A stretch of 63,633 bases of DNA, the filler included, from Octopus bimaculoides (lineage: Eukaryota): NCBI RefSeq assembly GCF_001194135.2. It is 5 parts of 5 records of this genome, joined end to end, with 100 filler letters (N's around TTAATTAATTAA, not from the genome) between each part and the next. Parts side by side here need not be neighbours in the genome. Positions count along the whole stretch, not along the records: positions 1 to 20,904 come from NC_068996.1; 4 more parts are not named here. One strand, given 5' to 3'. The translations under genes were made by a program, and so were the position numbers. The stretch's first letter is position 1, and each line of letters opens with the position of its first letter. Below are positions 1-9,094 of this stretch, one piece after another. Under the pieces are notes generated by a model. The model did no database searches, had not been told where the DNA came from, and was given only the letters and a program-made list of their open reading frames with translations.

Positions 1-1344
1 GAAGAAGATACATTTAATAAGAACTTCTATTCTGGATTCATATACATATATACACATATACCAGAGATTGCTATTTATAATGTATATTTAATAAGAACTT
101 GCATTCATGAAAATTTATTTTATACAACTATTTTATGTTTCAGTAGCAATTTCCATATTCAAATTTATTAAGAAATTTTAATAAGAATGTATATACTGCA
201 GATGCTTTTTTTTGTTTTTGTTTTTGTTTTTCATGTATATATTTTAATTTATTTCTGTGGATGCCTATAAGTTTTTGTATTCTTTTATCAATCTGTGTCT
301 GTACCTGCAGATGTGTGTATGTGTAGGTGTGTATGTTGTCTGAGCCAACATGAATTTTATCAGTTGCATAAGTAATGATTCTCGAGATATCTTGAATTAG
401 AACCAAGAGATATTTAGAAATTTCATTCAAGAAAAATGTGTTTTCGAGAATTGGAGAAAAGTGGGTAGATGTTTGTGTATGGGGGTGGGGTGAGGGGAGA
501 GATGCTGGATGTATTGGTCAACTAAGATATGAAGTGTAATGAATAAATTTATCAGAGAGAATTAAGGGATGTGGTTGATGGCATCTGTCTGCAGATGCCA
601 TCATCCATAAACCTTAATTGTCTTTCGAGGAGACTAAGAGAAGATGTAGAACTTGTAGCTAACTAAATAAAAAAAGAAATCAAAGCGAAAGAATAGGAAA
701 AGAAAAGAGAGACAAAGACAGAGAGAGACAGAGAATGAAAGAAAAGAGCCTAGCTGTTGCAGAAAAAGATTAATTGAAGAATTAAGAACATGTTGATGCC
801 AAGATTACTGTGGTGCTGACCATTACAAGTCGGCCAAGGAAACAAATGTGGAACAAATGACTGTGATGTCAAATTTTTGAGTTCCAGTAATCTATTTCTG
901 TTGATATTTAATTCTATGATGGAAATTTAATTGTGAATAATGGGAATAATCCAGAAGATGAATTCTGAAGATTAGAAAATAAAAAAAAAGAAAAGAAAAA
1001 AGAAAGAAAAAGTTACTGAGAAGCAATAATTTTGGAATAATTTTGAGAACGTTGCCTTGTTAGTGAATCAATGATTGTACAGCAGCTATATTTAATATTT
1101 GTTAGTCACAGACATTGCCATAACATACATACATACACAGTTACTGATGTTGCCATACATTTGCATACATTTGTATATACTGCTAATGTTTGGTAAAGGT
1201 CATCTATAGACTGCTAACAGAAAAATGTTGTTTGCTGCTACTGCTGCTACAATGCTGATTCACCTGTTATTAGTCATGACATGTATGAATTAGACTTCTG
1301 ACCTATATATATGTGTATATGTGTGTATGTATATATATATAGAT

Positions 1345-1645
1345 GTCATCATCATCATCATCATCATTATCGTCAATTAATGTCTGCTTTACATGCTGGC
1401 ATGAGTTGGATGGTTTGACTGAGGGCTGGCGAGCCAGAAGGATGCACCAGGCTCCAATCCAATCTGGCAATGTTTCTACAGCTGGATGCCCTTCCTAATG
1501 CCAACCCCTCCGAGAGTGTAGTGGGTGCTTTTTACATGCCACTGGCATGAGGGCCAGTCAGGCAATACTGGCATCGGCCATGCTTGAATGGTGCTTTATA
1601 CGTGCCACCGGCACAGGAGCCAGTCAGGCGGCACTGGCAATGACC
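1345..1645 (-). mobile_element. SINE family 3 copy ((GAT)n-tailed, RTE-type tail)
   Basis: Reverse complement of the recurring gttggcgttaggaagggcatccagctgtagaaa...ccaacccatgctagcatggaaagcggacgttaaacgatgatg unit seen at 15230-15372. Confidence 0.8.
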
Positions 1646-1724
1646 TACATATATATATATATATATATATAATACAGTGAATTATACATATGTATATTGT
1701 GCAGTGTATATACACACATATACA

Positions 1725-1950
1725 TCATCATTATCATCATATAACATTTGTTCTTCCATGCCGGCATGGGATGAACAGTTTGATAGGGGGTGATGAGTCA
1801 GAGGACTACACTAAGCTCCAAAAGTCTGCTTTAGTAAGGTTTTCCCTGCTGCATGCCTTTCCTAATGCCAAACACCTCACAGAATGTACTGGGTGTTTTT
1901 TTTAATTTTTTTATCGCAGTGGCAGTAGTGAGGTTACCAAGTATTTGCAT
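1725..1950 (-). mobile_element. SINE family 3 copy, diverged
   Basis: catcatcat tail, ttccatgccggcatgggatgaacagtttga and gcatgcctttcctaatgccaaacac match family 3 in reverse. Confidence 0.6.
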
Positions 1951-2459
1951 GACAAGACAACTCAACTGAGTTGAAGAAGGTGAAAGTATTTTCAAGTGAC
2001 AGGAATAGGTGTCTTGTTGAAGAGGAGAATACATGGCTTCTCCGGATGGAAAGGGAGAGAATGAGAGATAGTGTGTGGTACCCTCTGTGGGGTATAAGGT
2101 GAACATAAGAGAGAACAGGGATAGAGGAGCAGAAAGATTGGGTGGGTAGATTGACTTTGCAAGAGTGTGAAAAGTGTGTGGCAAAGGATTAGAGATGGGG
2201 ACTGAGGTGGGAGCAGTGAATATCATGTATGTGGAGGGTTGAATGAAGGAAATAGGAGTGGGTCATGGAAGAAGAGAAGGTGATAAGGGATAGTAATAAG
2301 GATACAATGTAAGCTCTTAAATGGTATCAGTTGTAGCACTTGAGTGAGTGGTAGCACAGTTAGAAGATTGATGGAGGGATAAGTGTAAGAAAATGAGTTG
2401 TTAAGGAGAGCTTGAGTGAATTCTGTCTTTGTTGAGATGGACGTGTCTTTACAAGAATA

Positions 2460-2672
2460 GCCTACTGCCATCCATCTCTATTCTTTGTCATTTGATCTGT
2501 GAGGTTCATTATCTTGAAGTTGGTCTTCACTGCTTCATCCCACGTCTTCCTGAGTCTCTCTCTCTCTGGTTCCATCCATGTTTAATGATGGCAATTCTTT
2601 AATCAGCGTCTTACTCAGCGTCACAGAACCATATCAGTGATGTCTTCTCTTTTACACCCTACATCTGATGTC
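2460..2672 (-). mobile_element. RTE-clade LINE 3' ORF remnant
   Basis: Minus strand gives degenerate ...RRHH.WF.....RKTWDEAVKTNFKIMNLTDQMTKNRDGW, resembling the RTE ORF C-terminus (RLRWFGHV...GRPRKTWDEVV...DRDGWR). Confidence 0.6.
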
Positions 2673-3276
2673 TCTTATACCCACACACACACACATGAAG
2701 GAGTGCTGAAAGGTTCTTCGCTTTGGATAAACGAAAATACAGGAGGATCAGTGAATTATGATTTTATTCAACTTATTCCCTTCTCAGATTCACACACTTT
2801 TTGCAGTGGTTCTTCGGTACTTCTAAGCCCTGTAAAAGAACTCAGAAGGTTGGGCCTCCAAACAGGTCTTTCACAATACCCTTAAAACCAGGAACTTTTC
2901 AGCACCCCACATGTGTGTGTGTGTGTGTGCATTTGTGTTTGTGTGTCATATTTGCCATAGCTGAGCTGTATACAAATTTCATGAGATTAATGTTAGCAAG
3001 CATATTGTTGTTGTTGTTCTAGCTGTTTGCTGGAACTGAACTTAATACCTCAGAGATTGTGTCAACTTGTAGAATTAAGTACTGCCCAAAAATGTAACAT
3101 CAAAATACATGCATATCACAATATCCTTAAATATTCTTAATTAATATTCTTAATTATGGTCTCTTAGTCTTTCCTAAAGTTGTTTTCTGTGAATTATTTG
3201 GAATTTAAATTCTTCTCTTATTTCAATTTTTTCATTATTTAAATAAAATTTATTTATTCATTTATTTATTCAACAG

Positions 3277-3377
3277 TGTGAAAAATTAAAGAAGAAAAGG
3301 AATGCTTTTATGGGGCCTCTTAGAATTGCTCACGGAAATTCTATTGATGAAGTTGACAAACGGATCCTCAATGCAAG
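3277..3377 (+). CDS. STIM: STIM internal exon A, SOAR/CAD domain (CC2 end, Sa2/Sa3)
   Basis: Acceptor ttcaacag, donor AG|GTAATG. Translates CEKLKKKRNAFMGPLRIAHGNSIDEVDKRILNA(R), colinear without gaps with human STIM1 [34 protein letters not shown] (recalled). Phase 0 to 2. Upstream exons appear to lie before the window. Confidence 0.95.
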
Positions 3378-3734
3378 GTAATGCCATTTTGCATCCTTTC
3401 CTAATTAGACAAATTGTTAAGTAATCATTGAGTTCATCATCATAATCATCATCATCATCACATTATTTGAAGTCCACTTTTCCTTGCTTGCATCATTTGA
3501 ATGGAACTTTGTTTGAGGTGGATTTTCTATGGCCAGGTGCCTTTTCTGTCACCAACCCACACCAAGTAAGGTAGTATTTCCCTGTTGTCAGAGATGTCAT
3601 GCAGAATATTGGAAACGAATGACACTGCTTGTATGACAGTGACATTCATTTACAACTATCATACGATGTCAAGGCAAGGAGACAGTAACACATTGACATG
3701 TGCATGGGCATACACACACATACACACACACCAC

Positions 3735-3985
3735 GGGCTTACCTCAGTTTCTTATTTCTTTATTGCCCACAAGGGGCTAAACATAGAGGGGACAAACAAG
3801 GACAGACAAAGGGGTTAAGTCGATTACATCAACCCTAGTGCATAACTGGTACTTAATTTATCGACCCCGAGAGGATGAAAGGCAAGGTCGACCTCGGTGG
3901 AATTTGAACTCAGAATGTAAAGACAGACGAAATACCGCTAAGCATTTCGCCCGGCGTGCTAACGTTTCTGCCAGCTCGCCATGGG
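3735..3985 (-). mobile_element. SINE family 4 copy, young
   Basis: Reverse of ggcgagctggcagaaacgttagcacgccgggcgaaatgcttagcggtatttcgtctg...tttgtcccctctatgtttagccccttgtgggcaataaagaaa. CpGs largely intact. Confidence 0.85.
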
Positions 3986-3989
3986 CTTA

Positions 3990-4125
3990 CCTCAGTTTCT
4001 GTTTACCAAATCTATTCACAAGGCTTTGGTCAGATTGAGGTTATAGTAGAAAACACTTGCCCAAGGTGCCATGCGGTGGTACTAAACCTGAAACTATGTA
4101 GCTGGGAAGAAAACTGTTTGCCACA
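3990..4125 (-). mobile_element. SINE family 1 (CORE-like) 5' part, CpG-decayed
   Basis: Reverse of ggcaccttgggcaagtgtcttctactata...tggtagacggaaactg found intact at 21900-22000. Confidence 0.8.
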
Positions 4126-4174
4126 AGGGTGTGTCTGCTTGGTATTATTTAGTTGTTCAGAGAAACTTTTATTA

Positions 4175-4515
4175 CCGTATTTGATGGCTCCTAAGATGCA
4201 CCGTTTTTACCCCAAAATAACTTTAAAAATCACCCCTGCATCCAATGCACTCAATGTAGGCTCAAAACTTGCTCAAAACAGTATGTATGTTTACGAAACC
4301 ATGTGCTGTTATCTGTTGTTGAACATTTGCCTATGGTATGTTTATATCGAATGTGGATGCAATAAATTGCTTATAATTACCGGTAATAACATAAAGTTAT
4401 ACAGGTAAGTGGAGGAATTAAAACATTATTTTAGTGGTAATTTACTTTACAAAACTATAGCCTAGGCTAGGGTGCATCCTATACACTTGTGTGTCTTATA
4501 GGCCATCAAATACGG
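4175..4515. mobile_element. Tc1/mariner-superfamily MITE, 341 bp
   Basis: Terminal inverted repeats CCGTATTTGATGGC / GCCATCAAATACGG (14 bp perfect, then imperfect) flanked by TA at 4173-4174 and 4516-4517. Confidence 0.85.
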
Positions 4516-5019
4516 TAGCTTTTTCTTTCTAAGTGGTATTGCAGACCTAATAAATAGTCATCTTCATTGTCAAGTAGTTACAGTATTTGATGCTGATTTA
4601 ACAAACCGTTAGTAGGTATTATTCAATATAAATTTGTATAGATTCCATTGGAAAACTAATTGCATTCCTTTTTTGGAGAGGTTGGAGGTCCTTGGAGTCT
4701 TGTCTTATCAATTTCAGGATCAGTTGAGAAGGAGTACACTAGGGTGTTAATGGAACATAACACCTGTCACACAACTGCATTTTCTACACTTGTGACCTGT
4801 ATCTGTCACCTAGTGTCACCTGTTTATACTTTGGTGTAGTGATAAAAAATAGTCTTTGTTAGGGACGGCATAGTGCTTAAGTGTTAGAATTGAGACTATT
4901 AGCCTTCAAATGAGTAATGTATGTGTGTGTGTGTGTGTGAATCGTCATGCCATGAACTCAGGCAATAGCTATCTATGATTTGGTTTTTGACTTTGAACAT
5001 CTTAGAATTTGCATTACTA

Positions 5020-5405
5020 TTCTTTTACTTGTTTTGGTCTTTAGAATGCGGCCATGCTGGGGCAACAACTTAAAGAATTCTAGTCAAATGAATCGACCCC
5101 AGTGCCTTTTTTTTTAAAGCCTGGTACTTATTCTATTGGTCCTCTTTTGCCAAACTGCTAAGCTACAGGGATGAAACAAACTGGTTGTCAAGTGGTGGAG
5201 GACAAACACACAGACACACACACACACACATCCACACATATATACAATGGGCTTCTTCGAGTTTCCTTCTCCCTAATCCACTCACAAGGCTTTGTTTGAT
5301 CTGAGGCTATAGTAGAAGACAATTTCTCAAGGTGCAGAGGGAGAGAACTTGAAACCCTGTGATTGGAAAATAAGCTTCTAACCACACAGCCACACCTGCA
5401 CCTAT
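5020..5405 (-). mobile_element. SINE family 1 copy
   Basis: Reverse-complement head, internal (CA)n and gcggccatgctggggca...gaatcgacccc tail shared with + copies at 21885 and 48735. Confidence 0.75.
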
Positions 5406-5409
5406 TAGA

Positions 5410-5683
5410 AGGTGGTGAGCTGGCAGAAACATTAGCACGCTGGGCGAAATGCTTAGTGATATTTCGTCTGTAGCTACGTTCTGAGTTCAAATTACGCCGA
5501 AGTTGACTTTGCCTTTCATCCTTTCAGGGGGTCAATTAAATAAGTACCAGTTACGCACTGGAGTCGATATAATTGANNNNNNNNNNTTACGCACTGGAGT
5601 CGATATAATTGACTTAATCTGTTTGTCTATCCTTGTTTGTCCCCTCTGTGTGTAGCCCCTTGTGGGCAGTAAAGAAATAAGAA
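5410..5683 (+). mobile_element. SINE family 4 copy
   Basis: aaggtggtgagctggcagaaacattagcacgctgggcgaaatgc...gttctgagttcaaatt...tttgtcccctctgtgtgtagccccttgtgggcagtaaagaaataag; spans a 10-N gap. Confidence 0.85.
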
Positions 5684-5761
5684 TACTAATTAGGATTCTT
5701 TTCATAAACTGTTGACTCTGCTAATGGTTTAACTATCACTGATGGTGAACCTTCCTTAGCT

Positions 5762-5960
5762 TATCATCATCATCATATGTCTGTTTTCCATGCTATCTTG
5801 GGTTGGACAGTTTGACAGGAACTAGCAAGGCCAGAGACCACACCAGGTTTCGCAGTCTGTTTCAGTTTGGTTTCTATAGCTGGATGCCCTTCCTAATGTC
5901 AACCATTTTACAGATTGTACTGGGTGCTCTTTACATGGCACTTGTGCTGGCAATGTGGAC
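5762..5960 (-). mobile_element. SINE family 3 copy
   Basis: catcatcatcat tail then ttttccatgctatcttgggttggac...ctatagctggatgcccttcctaatgtcaacc. Confidence 0.75.
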
Positions 5961-6189
5961 ATTTTTTTTCATTTCTTTAGTAATGCTGTTATTGTTGGGG
6001 TATCACTTACATATGCTGGTAAAAGTTTGTAGATATTTTTTTTTTTATAACTGGACCTTGACCTCACATCTCTCTCTCTCTCTCTCGCTAGATGGGCAAG
6101 CCATCTTCAGGAAAAGACTTACTCCTGTCCCTCTATCTTACTTTCTCGTCACTTAATACTATATCCTCCAGTGCTGGTGCCATGAAAAA

Positions 6190-6365
6190 CAAAGCAATCA
6201 ATACACTCTGAGAAGTGGTTAGCATTAGGAAGGGCATCTGGCTTTAGAAACCAAGTCAAAGCAGACATGGGAACTTAGTACAGTATTCTAGCTTTCCAGT
6301 TCTAACACATGCCATCATGGAAAAAGAGATATTAGATGGTGATGACAACAATGATGATGATGTGA
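6190..6365 (+). mobile_element. SINE family 3 copy, diverged
   Basis: gtggttagcattaggaagggcatctggc...catcatggaaaaa...gatgatgatg. Confidence 0.65.
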
Positions 6366-7207
6366 TGACGACAACAGTGGTTATGCTGCTGCTGCTAGAA
6401 GACTTCATTTCCTTTTGTAATCCTTTGCGCATCACTTAAAAATCTGTGCATATCATTGTTAACATACCTGCCATAGGTTTGCTATCACTGATCTGTAATT
6501 ATTGTTACATTCCCAAAGAGATAATTATTTATTGATTACAAATAATAGTTCGTTTTTGTTTTGTTTTTTATTTTTAATCTAATTTGAGAATCAAATCTAT
6601 CAAAAGAGGAATAACATTGGTGCCATAGATTCACTGGATATTTGAGATTATAGAAGCATGTTACATCTTCTGATTTTAACATTAATATATAGAGCTGTTC
6701 ACAGATATGAGATATCATTCTTTCTCTTTTATTTCATCATAATGCTTATTATGATCATTATTATTATCATGACCATCATCACCATCATGATCAACACTCA
6801 TCAGTACCATTGTCATCATCACCACCATCATGATCATGGTTATCATTCCTACAATCACCATCATCCCCATCATCATCATCATCATCACCACCGCCACTGC
6901 CACCATCACCATACATTTGCTTGCCATGCCAGCAAGAGTTGGATGTGCTGTTCTGGACTGAATCAGTTTATATTCAGAGTTCCTGCTTTCTTGTATTTTA
7001 AACTTATCCTGGCACCAGCACTGTAGAGATCATCTTGCCTTCAGCACAACTGAACAATACTCTCAAATTTTGTGCTATCTCTATTCATACCACTTCAAAG
7101 TGTTGTTGGTGAATGAACAGTGTTTTTTTTTTCCTTTCTTTCTTGATATTTCTCTGATAGAATTAATAATCAATTACATTGTATTTTTTTTCTTACTATT
7201 TTTTAAG

Positions 7208-7353
7208 AGCTTCACTAGAAGTGGTTCACCAAGATCTGCAAGAGCGCCTTGGTCGATGGAGAGCTATTGAACGCCTCTGTGCATTTTCTGTGACCAAGAA
7301 TTCAGGATTGGCTTCCCTGATGCAAACAATGCATCAAGATAAACTAACTCCAG
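7208..7353 (+). CDS. STIM: STIM internal exon B, SOAR/CAD CC3 and following segment
   Basis: Acceptor ttttttaag, donor CAG|GTAAAT. (R)ASLEVVHQDLQERLGRWRAIERLCAFSVTKNSGLASLMQTMHQDKLTP(G) aligns to STIM1 [38 protein letters not shown]. 146 nt, phase 2 to 1, joins exon A in frame. Confidence 0.95.
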
Positions 7354-8361
7354 GTAAATATTTAATTTGTCTGTAATACTGAAACTGATCATTTATATTT
7401 GAAATTTTCATGTGAAATTTTATTTGCAAAAATTGATTCTAATATATTTAAATCATATGATGATTCTTATTTTCTTTTTCTTACTTGCCTTATTAGATAT
7501 CCATTTATTCCATAAAGAATATTTTTCATTATTTCCTCTTCAAACCATTCTGTACCATTTTTTTTCTGTTCAGCAGGGCAATCGTTAAAGTGTGACTTCT
7601 ATCTTCATTGATTTTTCTTCACATGATAAAAAATGTAAACTTTTAAATTTATATAACCTTTTTGATACCAGCCTGCCTCGGATTGCCCTTGGTTCTGTGA
7701 TATAAACTACATCTTTTTAAAGTGGTCTAAATTAAAACTTCCCATCAAAATTTCATGTTAATTTATGCTTCAAACATCCACTTAATGATGACAAAACTAT
7801 TTCATGATATTCTCCATTATTTCAAAAATTGATTAAAATTAAATCAGTGTATTTCAACTGAAATATGGTAACCTGATCAAATTATTTTACATTATACGTG
7901 GATACAAACACATACACACAATCACACACTCATACAATCATACACAAACATAAATACGAACACAAATACACACACACACACATACACACTCAGGGTGAAG
8001 GTGTGTTTATATGTCAGTGAAAATAACACATTTCTCTATTTAGTGAGGGTTACTTGAGCAAATTTAATAATAAACTCATTGTAACTGCTTTTGTTGCAAT
8101 TACTAAATTTATGTACTTTTACCATCCTCCAAATTCTTGTTGTTTTGGTTTTGAGTTATATTGATAAAGCAAAAGAAATTTGCCTCATTCATTATTGTTA
8201 ATCTTTCATCCTGTTTTCCATTTTGTTCTTCAAGTATCAGTTCCTTTTCACTTGGATGATTTTTCTTTTTTTTAAACTTTAAAAATTGTTATGAGTAAAT
8301 AGTGTTGTCAGTTATGGGTTTACAATGGGCCAATTGTACTGATTTCTTGAGCCAAATTTAG

Positions 8362-8468
8362 ATTGGAGCCTGGTGTTGCCATCTGGTTTCACCAGTCCTC
8401 AGTCAAGTCATCCAACCCATGCTAGCATGGAAAGCGGACGTTAAACGATGATGATGATGATGATGATG
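8362..8468 (+). mobile_element. SINE family 3 3' end, young
   Basis: attggagcctggtgttgccatctggtttcaccagtcctcagtcaagtcatccaacccatgctagcatggaaagcggacgttaaacgatgatgatg is nearly identical to 15270-15372. Confidence 0.85.
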
Positions 8469-8868
8469 TGAAAACTTTCAAAGTCATTTTAGGGTTGTGT
8501 CTTTTGTTGATGGTATTCAAGAAGCTAGAAATGCATTCAACGTCTTGCTTGATGGTGACCATGAAAATGTCTGTTGGTGTTTTTAACACCTATTGTCTTA
8601 TGGGAGGATTCTCTTTTCAGTGGCAAGCAGTGAATAATGAATATACCTTTTTACTAATCAAATATGTTCCCATCATATTTCAACTAATCTATATACATCT
8701 GTAAAGTGTGGGTGTGTGTATGAGGATGTGGGTGTTGGGAAGTGGTCAGTGCTAGTGTGCAGAGTGGTGTGGGGGTGTGGGGGTGTTGGGGTGTGGAGAT
8801 GTGAGGATGTGGGGGTGAGATGAGGATGTGAGGGTGGGAGTGGGATGTGGATGGAGAGAGGTATCTAG

Positions 8869-8999
8869 CTAGAAAGAGCAGCCAAAGCTCTACACCACAA
8901 AATTTTTACCATTTATGTAGATGGTAAATGTTTTTATTTTTCATTCCTTTTCAAAATTATCCCTTTTTTGTGGTGTAGAGCTTTGGCTGCTCTTTCTAG
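8869..8999. repeat. Perfect 34-bp inverted repeat (hairpin) in STIM intron
   Basis: 8869-8902 ctagaaagagcagccaaagctctacaccacaaaa is the exact reverse complement of 8966-8999; 63-nt spacer contains a second 8-bp stem tttaccat/atggtaaa. Confidence 0.95.
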
Positions 9000-9059
9000 T
9001 GGGTTAGATGTCCTTTTATGGGCATCTCTAATGTGTATTTAATGTACACTATATATTAT

Positions 9060-9094
<35 letters not shown>

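Noticed and set aside
576-603. 12-bp perfect inverted repeat tgatggcatctg/cagatgccatca
   Set aside because: Too short and isolated to assign a function; may be chance or a small template switch.
3956-4408. 150-aa + strand ORF
   Set aside because: Chance read-through of two SINE pieces and a MITE; not in frame with STIM exon A.
5551-5612. Exact 26-bp direct repeat
   Set aside because: Copies flank a 10-N gap; typical unmerged contig overlap.
6658-7026. His/Ile-rich 122-aa ORF
   Set aside because: Degenerate (CAT)n microsatellite forming a SINE tail, inside a STIM intron.
7655-7880. piggyBac-like MITE
   Set aside because: Resembles a remembered repeat but TTAA sites and TIRs are not preserved in this copy.
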